Program-made: the position numbers and the translations under genes
Notes under the pieces: generated by a model
Told to the model about the DNA's origin: nothing
The model's input: only the letters and a program-made list of their open reading frames with translations
The model's database searches: none
Shown: one piece after another, positions 49,102 to 60,798 of the stretch
Numbering within the stretch: position 1 is the stretch's first letter
Layout of the letters: each line of letters opens with the position of its first letter
Assembly (NCBI RefSeq): GCF_000315625.1
Contig: NW_005434505.1
Span: forward strand, 34,677-98,676
From: Guillardia theta CCMP2712
Taxonomy: Eukaryota > Protista > Cryptophyta
DNA: 64,000 nt
Direction of reading: 5' to 3'

Positions 49102-49212
49102 CTCCTGATTGTCCTCGTACTGATTTTTAACTTAACTTTGAGTAAAGTCGGACCGAGTAGGCCCTCCGACAGTAGTCAGGTTGTCCTCGTACTGATTTTT
49201 AACTTAACTTTG
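49102..49212 (-). repeat. Two copies (C, D) of the dispersed core repeat in the divergent intergenic region
   Basis: CTCCTGATTGTCCTCGTACTGATTTTTAACTTAACTTTGAGTAAA (49102-49146) and TTGTCCTCGTACTGATTTTTAACTTAACTTTG (49181-49212). Confidence 0.9.
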
Positions 49213-49383
49213 TACCGTACTAGCCTCTTGTCGCCTGAAAGCCTACTTAAGTTAAAAACATGAAAGTCGAGCGATGTCGCTGTGGCCGCCGCCGAAGGCA
49301 TGAAACGCATATTTCAAGTTTCATGATTTGGAAGCTGATATACGGGGTACTTCACCTGAAATACATCCTGGACCTCATCGATC

Positions 49384-50012
49384 TTGACAGTTTCACACTG
49401 CATTGAATATACAGATTGCAGGCACATGTGCTCGGATATCAAATTTGAGTCAACGCTCTTCAGCAGACTCCGATCATACAGACGGTCTTTCTGTTCAAAG
49501 TCTCGAGGTGCATGCTGCGTTTGTCTTGTTACTTGCCCGGCACTGCATCATGTGCTCGCAGACCATCGGCAAAGCTGCGTGTGTTGTGTTACGATCATGA
49601 TACGGAGACGGTGGTCGACATTGCAAGCTTGCAGCCTTTTCAAGAGGGTACAACTGTACAAGCCTGACGGAGATAAGCTGCACGGGGAGAGCGAAGAGGT
49701 GATTGAAATGGGATGTCAGAGAAGAGAAGGGAAGAGAAAAACGACGAGAATTCTCGTGACGACGAGAATGTATTCAAAAGAAGGCATAATTGACCTTTCT
49801 AATGCAAACAAGGACGAGTTCACGGAGGGTCATGTCAGACTTGCTTGTGAGGTTCAAACATGTTTAAGTTTCCTCACTTGTCAGTCTCTGATATGTACAA
49901 ACGCTCGCAGTTCACACCCGCGTCGAGCTCAGACGATGTTGAGATCGACAGCAAGCAGGAGAACAATCATAGTTTGCAGTTGTTGGAGGACAGGATCGAG
50001 AACAGAGAGTGA
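49384..50012 (+). CDS. Hypothetical multi-exon protein (may extend past the MITE to ~50329)
   Basis: Exon-like segments ending ..DEFTEGHVRLACE|FTPASSSDDVEIDSKQ..EDRIENRE. Confidence 0.4.
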
Positions 50013-50057
50013 GTTCAGCCCTGTGGTTGTGTGTGCAGGTTTGAAACATTCACAGTA

Positions 50058-50247
50058 GGTGTGTCCGGTGCGCTACTGTCGGTATTTTTCCTGGTACAAA
50101 TTTCACCGACAGTTCGTTAAATTTCAGTACAACCGTTCTCAACGGTAAACGTACAGACAACAGTACCCTACCGCCGACAGTTCTTACTATTTGTCAAATC
50201 CAATACGGCCAGAATAACGTCACCGACAGTAGCGTACCGGACACACC
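50058..50247. mobile_element. 190-bp MITE flanked by TA (Tc1/mariner-like target)
   Basis: TIRs GGTGTGTCCGGTGCGCTACTGTCGGT and ACCGACAGTAGCGTACCGGACACACC (1 mismatch), TA on both sides within a CAG-TA-CTG palindrome; internal CCGACAGT repeats. Confidence 0.85.
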
Positions 50248-50516
50248 TACTGGAGAGGCCAAACGCGAGACCCGATTTGCATGGAAAACATCTGGAAATG
50301 ATTTCATGACGAAATTTTCATGTGAAAATTAATTATTGTTTTTAACGACTTATAATTATTTTCTAAAAGTCACACTGTGAACTGGGTGCGTGTCACAGGA
50401 TCTCAAGATTCAATTGGTACAATTTCATCTCATTGAAAACGAACTATAATAATAATAATAACAAACCAATATCAGGAAAGATTTCGCTTTTGCGCTCGAC
50501 CCAGCTGTTTTGTGTA

Positions 50517-52480
50517 TGAACGCGGAGATGTCGTACAGTTCCAAGCTGTCCAGCTCTCTTGTGCTCTTCTTTCTCATCAAAAGCTCAGTGCAAGGTGATC
50601 GCATTTGTGGCAAGGACAAGATTCTCAACCAAGCGATGTGTACGAGCTGTTGCGACATGCAACATCTCCCCTGCTCGACAGACAAGCAGTACTCGACTTG
50701 TTGCGTTGACTCAAACTGTACGGCATCAACACGCAGCGGAGCCAGTTGTACAATTTCAAGCCCATGCTATTTTGCGATGCTCGACTACTGCTGCACACCA
50801 TGCCCCCCGGGGAATTTTTCAACCGACACCGCTCAAGGATCAGGTTGTTTCCCTTGCTCGCAAGATCAGATAGTCACCGATACTGGTTGCATCCAACGGA
50901 ATACCTCGAATAAAAAAGATCCGGCGCGTGAAAATCATCCCCAGAAGCCCTGGTTCATGAAGAGTGGCCTATCTTCTATCGCCTTCATCGTCATTCTCTC
51001 GCTCCATTTCTTTGTAGTCTTCATCACTGTCGTCTTGCAGAACTGCACTGTCGATCAACAAGATACCCGTTTTGTCGGCAAGTGCTTGCTCCCGGTGCTA
51101 TGGTTCGTGTATGATATTTCGTTCATGAGCGCAAGGTTCAACTGGTTCTTGACATCCTCGGAAGCTAGGGAAATGATGACATACAGTGTCAATGGCAACC
51201 CTGACAATCTCATATGGCTGTCCAAAGATGACATTAAATACCAAACTTGTGCCCCCCCCAGCTCGCTCAGCTACATCGGGCAGAATGCAACTTTGTGCAA
51301 GTTTAGCGTGTTTGAATTCACGACCAATATTCTTGGGCAAGAGAGCAAATACGAGAACAACTCGTCCAAGTTTAGTGTTGGCCTAGGACTCATCATTTGG
51401 TCCTGCATTTCCATTTACATGATGATGAAGCAAGCGGACCTTGAGAGTGAGTGGAAAGAAGATGTTGAATGTGAGGAGGAGAAGGAGAAGGAGAAGGAGG
51501 AGGAGGAGGAGGAGGAGGAGGAGGAGGAGGAGGAGGAGGAGGAGGAGGAGGAGGCCCACAGCGCTAGTGATGTCGTCCCTGGAGTCAGTGCTACGGAGCA
51601 GCCAAGAGCAGTGACAGCGATTGCAGTCAGCAGCCCCTTCGAGACTAATCAGAAAGGATGCCACCAGACAAAGTGGGAATGGCTAAAGCGCAGAGCTCTC
51701 GGGGTTGTGATCTCATCGCTTCTGGCGAGCCAGCAGTCGCTTGTCTTGCTTCCTCTGACCTCGATGGAGATCACACCGCACTGCTATGAGCTACAGAGCG
51801 ATCTCCCGGTCACCTCAAGGCAGGCAGCGTGCTGGCACAAGTGGTCTACCGCAGGGATACCTTACGGAGTTCCTGCTATCGCGGTTGGCTTCTTGCTCAC
51901 CTTGATATGTTACCCGGACTCGGACAAGGAGGAGGCTGGTTGCTGCATATCCTTGATCACGGGGCTCCTGTTCTTGACCGGAGTTGTTTTGTTCCTCACC
52001 GGAGTCGGGCTCTTCTTGTTTTGGCTCTTTGGTGGCATCATCATCGGGGCTTGGTTTACCTACACCTCAACGAAGATTCTTCTTGACCTGGCTTTCACAA
52101 AGATCTTTGCTCCCGTCCTCATTCTTATTTCTAGTGACTTCGTCTTGCAATACGCCGTTGTACCGACTCGCTGCACATGGTTTCGAGTTCCTCGAGGGAT
52201 CGTCAGTATGAAGATGAACCTCTTCCATGTCAAAGCTCGAGTGGACGGCCGGGTTTCCTCCGCCTTCCGAGAGCTGGCAAAGAGGTACCTGCCCTGCTGC
52301 TCGTGCGACTTCCAACCTCAGCAGCAAGGGAATGGCCCTTCCGAGTCCAGCCTTACGAACCAACCGTCTGATGAGGCGATCAGAAACGTCGTGGATACGA
52401 TGGAGAAAGCCCTGGAAGTGCAAGACAAACGAAGCAAAAAATCGCGGCGCAGGGAGAACTTGCATCCTTATGACGTGTAG
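50517..52480 (+). CDS. Multi-pass membrane protein with N-terminal Cys-rich (TNFR/ephrin-receptor-like) ectodomain
   Basis: Intronless ORF with signal peptide, CTPCPPGNFS..GCFPC repeat, several hydrophobic helices and a poly-Glu loop. Confidence 0.7.
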
Positions 52481-52600
52481 CCTTCACATTGAACGGTGTT
52501 TTCGGACATGTCACAGTGCTGAGTGCTTGCTATAAGCCTGAATTCATTCCTGAGATGTTAACTAAAGTATAGTATAACCCGACCGGCGGCGACCGGGCCC

Positions 52601-52864
52601 GAACCGGGCCACTCGCCTCCCCAGCCTCTCCCGGACTTCTATGAAGTGGAGCGCCTACTCGCTGATCGAACGCAGCGCGGACGCAAGGAGTATCTCGTTC
52701 GCTGGAAAGGTTTCTCCTCTGCTGATGACACATGGGAACCAGTGGAACATCTCGTTCGCACTCGAGCGCTTCGCAACTTGGTTCAACGCTACGACAGGGC
52801 CAAACAGCGTGAGCGACGTCCGGTACCTTCCTCTGCTCAGGGACGGCGTTCACGCCGCCTTTGA
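52601..52864 (+). mobile_element. Orphan chromodomain fragment, resembling a chromovirus integrase C-terminus
   Basis: PPQPLPDFYEVERLLADRTQRGRKEYLVRWKGFSSADDTWEPVEHL; aromatic cage residues present; no in-frame ATG and no upstream pol. Confidence 0.7.
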
Positions 52865-53875
52865 CCGCTCTTTGACTTTGGTCTAGGTGCGAGTTTGCGG
52901 GAGCGTATCAGAGCAAAGAAAGCGAAGTTTTCTGAGTCCTGAGCACTCCAAGAAAGCGCAGAAAGAGCGTATCAGAGCTCATAGGATAGCGAGCCCAACA
53001 CAGGAGCGGTCAACACTCGAAATGTGGACAGCACACAAGGATAGCCTCTACAACTATCCAGACGAAAGACAGTGATTCTCTAACGGCTACTTTGGTTCAG
53101 AAGTCGGACCCCTCCGGGACGGCTTCCCTATAGTATCAAGCACCGGTGGAGCTCTCCTTTCTGGTAGAAACAAGAACAGGAGCAGGGCATGGACCAAAGG
53201 GGCCATAGCGACGGCACGAGGCAGGAAGACTCGTGCAAGCGAGGACCACTACCCCTGGGACTTCCACAGGGCTATAAAAGGATCAAGATCTTCATCTCTA
53301 GGTGGTCTGTCTTCCCTCCCTCTGTGTACCACGCATTTCCCTGTGTTGGTGTGGTTGCTGCAATAAAGCTTGATAATACTGTCTAGCACCTTCTGTGTGA
53401 TCCAGCGGAGGTTCTTTGAGCATTCGCTTGGCTAGTGTGCAACCCGTAAAGCTTCGGGGTGTAACATAAATTGCAGCCACGGCCACAGCGGCTCAACTTG
53501 AAGGCTTGGCAAGGCCCGGCAGCGCCCTGTCCTTAGTCGCGGCCACTGGCATCATCAAGTCGCGGCCCCGCGGTGAAACCGGGCGGGGCGGCCGCCATCG
53601 ATGGCGGCATGAGTACCGTACAGTCACAGCGGGCCTTGCCGCCAGCCACCGGCATGACTGGCACTGCGCCGCCGCGTGTGCCGGACGGTGGGTGGCCCCG
53701 GCGGGCCGCGCCGGCGGCGGCGGGCCGCGGCGGCGGTGACTCACCCCGGTTCCTTCCTCGTCTCAGGCGGGCCCAGTGGAGTGGCGGCAGGGCGCGTCCA
53801 TGCCAAGTGGAGCGAAGAAACTTCGGAGGCACAAGCAGTCGGAGGCACAAGCAGTCGAAGCTGAAGGCTGACACA

Positions 53876-54471
53876 AGCTAAGACTGAGTGAGCATACCAG
53901 CTAAGACTGAGTGAGCATACCAGCTAAGACTGAGTGAGCATACCAGCTAAGACTGAGTGAGCATACCAGCTAAGACTGAGTGAGCATACCAGCTAAGACT
54001 GAGTGAGCATACCAGCTAAGACTGAGTGAGCATACCAGCTAAGACTGAGTGAGCATACCAGCTAAGACTGAGTGAGCATGCCAGCTAAGACTGAGTGAGC
54101 ATACCAGCTAAGACTGAGTGAGCATACCAGCTAAGACTGAGTGAGCATGCCAGCTAAGACTGAGTGAGCATACCAGCTAAGACTGAGTGAGCATACCAGC
54201 TAAGACTGAGTGAGCATACCAGCTAAGACTGAGTGAGCATGCCAGCTAAGACTGAGTGAGCATACCAGCTAAGACTGAGTGAGCATACCAGCTAAGACTG
54301 AGTGAGCATACCAGCTAAGACTGAGTGAGCATACCAGCTAAGACTGAGTGAGCATACCAGCTAAGACTGAGTGAGCATGCCAGCTAAGACTGAGTGAGCA
54401 TACCAGCTAAGACTGAGTGAGCATACCAGCTAAGACTGAGTGAGCATACCAGCTAAGACTGAGTGAGCATA
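53876..54471. repeat. 23-bp minisatellite (AGCTAAGACTGAGTGAGCATACC) x~26
   Basis: Tandem copies with a recurring A>G variant (GCATGCC) in four units. Confidence 0.97.
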
Positions 54472-54492
54472 TCAGTTTTAAGGCTGGTGAGT

Positions 54493-57400
54493 ATGGCAGA
54501 AACGAAAGCTGAAAATTGCGTTGACTCCATGAAGACATCTCGAATATTGAAAACATACATGTCAGGGCGCTGGTTTTGAACCTCGTGGTGTGCACTGCCA
54601 GCCATGTCGAACAAAATGTAACGTGATCAAGATATGAAATATCATCGAGAGCTTGCAGAACTTGCTCGGGAGGGTAAACTCACATCCTTCGATGCTTCCA
54701 TGGCAGACCTGCTCTGTGATTCGGACGAGCATGGTTGGCTGCAGGATGACCTGCAAGGCTGCAGCATTCGTGGGCCTGGGTTCTCTTTGGACGGCTCCAG
54801 CATAGTTCACTGGGAGGTGGCAGTTCGTGGTATTGGAGGCGAAGTCTACAGCGCGTGCCTGGTAGGAGGAAGCGATTCTCAAGGTCGCCCCGATCGACTG
54901 CAAGCCGCTGCGGAGTGTGAGAGTGAAGACCTGGTGAAGGCTCTGATCGATTGCTCTCTTGCCAGCAACGGCTTCGCACAGGAGTTCTCTTCCTCTTCGT
55001 CCTCCGCAGCCCGCGAATACGAGAGAAGTTTAGACCTGGACCTGGTAAGGGTTGTGCTGCCTTCCGCCTATCTCAAGCGTGACTTGCCGTTGTTAGATTG
55101 TGAATCATAGCTGTCCTGAGGCTTGTGACATCCTTGCAGACCTCCGCGACTTCTTGCACAAGATGCAAGCTTTGTCCTCTACCACGACAACTGCACATCA
55201 TGATCTTTCTTCGCAGAATCAGACAACTGCCTCACCCGAGGGAAAGCAGACAGGAGCAGGAGATAAGCTTTCCAGAAGTCTTGTAGACGAGGAACGAGGT
55301 CTGGTTAAGGTGAACGAAGGCTTGCCAAAACTTCATCGAGTCAATGGCTCGTCGCGCTCAGCGCAAGGGAGTCGAACTCATGCAGGAACAGAATCATCCG
55401 ATCAGAATGCAAACAGCATTCTATGCACATCCATCACATCGCTGACAGTATCATCAATCCAGGGGCTTCAAGGGGAGGAGATGCAGGACTACAAGAGTGA
55501 AAAGTTCGACATACTTGAGGAGGAAGTCCAGCTAGTTCTGAAAGACCTCACGCTCAAGTTGTTGGACATTGATCGGCTTATTTCTGTACGAGAGTTGGGA
55601 GAATTGATCCATGAAGATGAGAACAAAAGATTGCAGACTAGACGTGACATTCTTCGAGATTGTTCAATACTTGTGCTACTCGTACAACCAACTTGGTTGT
55701 CCACTCCTTTTGTTTCGCAGGTTTTTGATCTACTCTGTGTCAATCGAGCAGTTTTTATTGTCTCCTTATCCAAAGACCCCGTCGACAAGATAGATCTCGA
55801 GATAAACAATCAAAATCTACAAATTTTTGACAGCAGGGGCCCATCCATTGAACGGCTTGTCCATCTGATCAAAGCAAGAACTTCTCCAGGCCGTGAAGAA
55901 CACGGAGCAGATATCGTCACCATAATTTACAGGTAGAGGCTTTATCTGGTTTTTTTCCTCACGACATTGGCAGTTGGAAGAACTCTTTGGATGCATACGA
56001 GCAAGGAAGCATACCCTCCTTGAATTCTTGTAGAAATTCTTTCGAAGATCCCCGTATGATTCAATACCAGCTTCAAAGATACTTTGATGGCATTAATGGC
56101 TTTCACTGTTGGATTGATATTGAACATGGCAGTGACTTGATGAGATTTGGGAGACTCTCGTCGCATTTGAGGGCTCAATACAAGTCAAAATGCGTTATCG
56201 TTGCTGCAAGTGACGATTTATTGGCTGATAGCGAAAATTTCCTCAGGGAATTCATGCTTGAGTCTGGTTTCCATCTTTCAATTCCCGTTGTCGTTGTTCA
56301 GCTTGGTGAACTCCAACCTGCAAACAAATCTCTGTATGATAGCGACTTACAAAGGCTGTTGCTTGCTCACAAGTCAATCCGATTCTCAGGTATTGAGGAA
56401 AAAGGGACATTCGAAATGCGTGTTCACCAATTGGCACGATTGGTAGAAAAAGAGATAAGGATGCAGTCTTGCATCGAGAATAGCGTGCCTTTGATTCCCC
56501 GACCTCTCATTGTTCATCACACTGGACAGAATTCAAGCAATGACGCCAGGAACTCTCACTTTGAAAGCTTCTCATTTCTGCGCAACGCAAGGATGAGAAT
56601 TATGAACAGATTTCTGCGAGTGACAAAGGTCTGTCGTCATGGTGACATGCACCTTGTTCCAGGAGATCTTTGCGCGTTTGTTGGTTTTGAGCAGGAAGCT
56701 CTTGCAGTGGAAGCATACAACCCACCGTCATCCAGAGTCAGAGATCAGTTGCAGTTGATCAAGGGAGAACGGATCAAGCTCCTCCACAAAATTCCTCTGG
56801 AAGTCGAGGACGGATTATGGTATGAAGGACAAAATAAAAAAGGTAGAAAAGGACTGGTGCCTTCAAGTCATCTTCAAGTTTTGAGCGCTGGAAACAAGAT
56901 CTGGGTGTGCGATTCTGTGCATCAGGTTGGATTGTTTGACCATGAGAACTTTGAGAACAGCTTCGATGAAAGCCATTTCAAATCGGAGATGAGTGCTGAA
57001 GATGCAAGCCGAGCTAGCAGTTTCAACGAGCTTGTGAACAAGTATGGTGAATTCTTCCAGTCGGTGTTGGCAAAAGCTTTGGACATTCAAGTTGTTGACT
57101 CAGCTGCCCATAAGGTGCTAATGTTGACACAAGAATGCAAGCTAGAAGACTTCCAGGAGCTGACGCGAGACATGGAGTCGACGACCGTCCTATCAAGGGA
57201 TGAAAAGCAAGAAGCTTTGGACGAGGCAAGGAAGAGCTTGCTTTCATGGTATGAGAGAGTTATTCTTGAGACGATTGAAAGGATCAAGATGAAACGAACC
57301 ACTATGGATTACGATATGAAGATGCTCAAGATTCTGGATGTGACATTGAAAGATGTTTTTCTCAAAGGAAAGAGGCACTTGATTCCTCTCTCTTCCTTCA

Positions 57401-58173
57401 TCGAGAATGATCATTGTGTTTACAATCGGATCAGCCTCGTTGACTTGATTCAGCAAGTGCGCCAAGCTTTGCTGGTGGAATACCCAGTTGACCTGCAGAA
57501 CGCTCGCGATGGCGAATTTCTGGATACAGAAGAAGACTGGCAGAGTCTGTTTGACAAGGTTGTGAGTGACTGGCATGGCGAGAATCAATTTAGCGGGACT
57601 CTCGTGCTCTACGTCATTCCCAAGCAGCAAAGGACTCATCACTTGATGGGCGTACCCCGACATGTCGACATGCATCACCATCATGATGAAGTTCAACTGA
57701 TCTGCTCGACAGTGATTTTAGAACGCACTCTCCCAGGCACCGCGAGACGAGACATAGACTTGCAGCCGTTGAAAGATGTCATCGCGACATGTCAGAGCCA
57801 TACAGTTGCTGTCTCAGGCATCAGAACCTCCATGGCATGGTCCCTCGTTCGACAGCTCCTCTGCAACATGTTTGGCTGCTGTGTGCTGTTGGAATACACC
57901 CCCTTTGACATTGCTGGAAACCTGGAGAAACAAGGAAAGGATGGACAGGGGAAGGGAAAAGTGCGGAAGCCACCCAAGAGCAGCAGGGGGCTAGCGAGCA
58001 AACACTCGTCAACCAAGACGATCCGGTCAGAAGCCGAGTGGAGAGAAGCGATCTCGCGGGTGGTGATAGACTCCAAGACTTACAACATCCTTGGCAGAAA
58101 GTTCTGCGTGGACTTGCTCCTTGATGCAGTACAGGACCTGAAGCCTCATACTAGTAGAACTTGCGCCTGCTGA
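54493..58173 (+). CDS. Multidomain protein: TIR-like x2, SH3, PB1-like (5' exons approximate)
   Basis: SH3: ALAVEAYNPP..QLQLIKGERIKLL..WYEGQNKKGRKGLVPSSHLQVL. TIR-like: ILRDCSILVLLVQPTWLSTPF and DPRMIQYQL..GFHCWIDIE..SKCVIVAASDDLL. PB1-like: DGEFLDTEEDWQSLF..TLVLYVIP. Confidence 0.65.
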
Positions 58174-58249
58174 TGGTCAACTGTGAAGTACTATTCAGAA
58201 ATAAAATTTCAACAGTTGACGTGTGGCTCGGCCAGACAATCTCACTGTC

Positions 58250-58285
58250 TACTCAAAGTTAAGAACGAGGACAATCAGGAGAGTC
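58250..58285 (+). repeat. Dispersed core repeat, copy E (internally deleted)
   Basis: TACTCAAAGTTAAG-AACGAGGACAATCAGGAGAGTC, upstream of the actin gene. Confidence 0.85.
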
Positions 58286-58619
58286 CGTCGAGCCTCCGGT
58301 CACCAGTACCTGCAATGCCGATCGGACGGCCGCGTGACTCACGGCCCGTGCTGGTACTAAGGCTGCGGGACAGGCTGCGGGGCCAGCTGCGGGCAGTGGC
58401 TGCCGGGGGCTGGCCGGGGGCAGGGCCCGGCCGGCCAGCAGGGCGGCCAAGGAGACTGCAGAGGGGATGCAGGAGGGGATGTGGGCCGGGCTTGGGCTGC
58501 TGCTGGGGCTGGGACAGGGCCCGGGGGCTGGGATGTCAGTGTGGGATGCTGGTGGGATGTGGGCCATCGATTGTATGGGGCTATCAGTGCTTTGACAGCT
58601 GTCGCATCACCAACTTGAA

Positions 58620-60595
58620 ATGAGCGGCAGCGAAGACGAAGAGTATGAGACGGGAAGGTGAGAAGAGAGATGGAGCGATGTCGGTAGTGTGAGGCTTGTT
58701 CTGCTTGAGATGAGTGGTCGACGTCTGCCTCCCAAAATTTTCTCCCCTTCTGCTTTCAAACTTTCTCTTTTTTGGTTGTCATTTTCTCGATCCCGTGATG
58801 TCATGTTTTCAAACACAATTGATACTGTTCACTTCAGCGTTATGCTTCCAAATAAGATCGTCGCAGCAATTGATACTGAATGTCAATGATACAGGCCAGT
58901 GGTGATAGACAATGGCAGTGGAAGAATCAAAGCTGGTTTTGCTGATGATGAGGTACCTCACAACCTACTAGCTTCACTACAGGTTAATTTGCGCAACAGG
59001 CTCCTCGGTGTGTCTTTCCATCCGTTGTAGGACGTCCAAAGCAGAAGGGTGTCATGGTGGGAGCAGGACAACGGGACTGTTATGTTGGCGATGATGCGCA
59101 GGCAAAGAGAGGAATCCTGAAGCTGAATTACCCCATTCAGCACGGTAAAACATCTAGCGAACCTCATAGCAGATGCATCGCTTGACTCGTTTGCAGGAGT
59201 TGTGACCAACTGGGACGACATGGAGAAGATCTGGCATCACACTATTTTCAATGGTGACCGGCGAGCGTGTGAATGATTCATGTGCATGATTGACGTTCGT
59301 ACAGAGCTTCGAGTTATACCGGAAGAACATCCTGTCCTATTGACGGAGGCTCCTCTGAATCCCAAAGCCAACAGAGAGAAGCTGTGTGAGATTTTCTTCG
59401 AAGTTTTCAACTGCCCTGTAAGCAGTAACTCCTCTGTCCTTCTGCTCATGATGACCTAACCGCAGGCCTTCTACGTCGCAGTGCAAGCAGTAATGTCTTT
59501 GTATTCCTCGGGAAGAACAACAGGAATAGTGCTGGATGCTGGTGACCAAGCTGTAGTTTTGATTCCTTCGCTTGACTGACGTCAACAACAGGTGATGGAG
59601 TTTCACATACTGTACCAATCTATGAAGGCTATGCTCTTCCTCATGCCATTCTCCGTCTGGATTTGGCTGGTCGTGATCTGACGGAATACATGTGCAAACT
59701 TTTGACGGAAAGGTGACCAATCATTCTTGAAACGCCTTGCTAGCAAATTCAATCCGTTTGAAGGGGATATTCTTTCTCGACATCTGCAGAGCAAGAGATT
59801 GCTCGCGATATCAAAGAAAAACTCTGTATGAAGATCTTGTACATTTGTAGTTCAAAATGTGTAACCCTCAGTAGGCTTTGTAGCGCTGGACTTTGATGAA
59901 GCCATGAAGAAAGCCGCTGAATCCAATGACCTGGAGAAATCTTACGAAATGCCAGATGGACAGGTAACACTCAACCAGAAGTTTCGACCAGCTGTTGAAA
60001 CATGACAGGTCATCGCAATTGGGAATGAGCGATTCCGTTGCCCTGAAGCCCTTTTCAAACCCTCTCTCATCGGGCTGGAGAACCCAGGCGTCCATGAGAT
60101 GACGTACAACAGGTTGTCTGTCTCACGAATTAGGCAATTCAACCTCACGCGTCCTCAGCATCATGAAGTGTGATGTCGATATCCGTAAGGTAGGTTCCGC
60201 TGACACCTGTTCTTTGCTGTATTTCAGCTGCTGACCGACACATTACTTAGGACCTGTATTCCAATATCATCATATCTGGAGGAACAACCATGTATGAAGG
60301 ACTTCCAGAACGATTGCAGAAGGAGATCACTGCCCTTGCCCCACCTACAATGAAAATCAAAGTCATCGCGGGAGCGGAGGTGAATGCTTTCCATATTGCT
60401 CACAGGACACTAAAAGTCTCCCAGCGCCAGTTCTCTGTGTTCTGCGGTGCAGCTATCCTGGCCTCGCTTACCACGTAAGGCACTTCTCTTTAATTCTAGG
60501 ATACGTAACGCGTGAAAAGTTTCCAAGATATGTGGATTTCGGTAGATGATTACAAGAACTTTGGTAAGACCATCGTTCATCGCAAGTGCTTTTAA
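58620..60595 (+). CDS. Divergent actin, about 13 introns
   Basis: Spliced product [119 protein letters not shown]. Confidence 0.93.
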
Positions 60596-60798
60596 TAGAC
60601 AAGGTAAGAAAGAGTGTCAGCCGAATGTTATAGCTGCGCTAATAAAAATTTGCAACTGAAGCAATTGACCTGCGAATTACCGAAAGCCTACATCATCGAT
60701 GTTTGCTTGCTACACCACCACAAGCTAGACAAAAAGCCCAGTTCTATGCTGAATCACAAAAGTGACGCACACGTAGATCAATCTCCGTGTAAGTAAAT

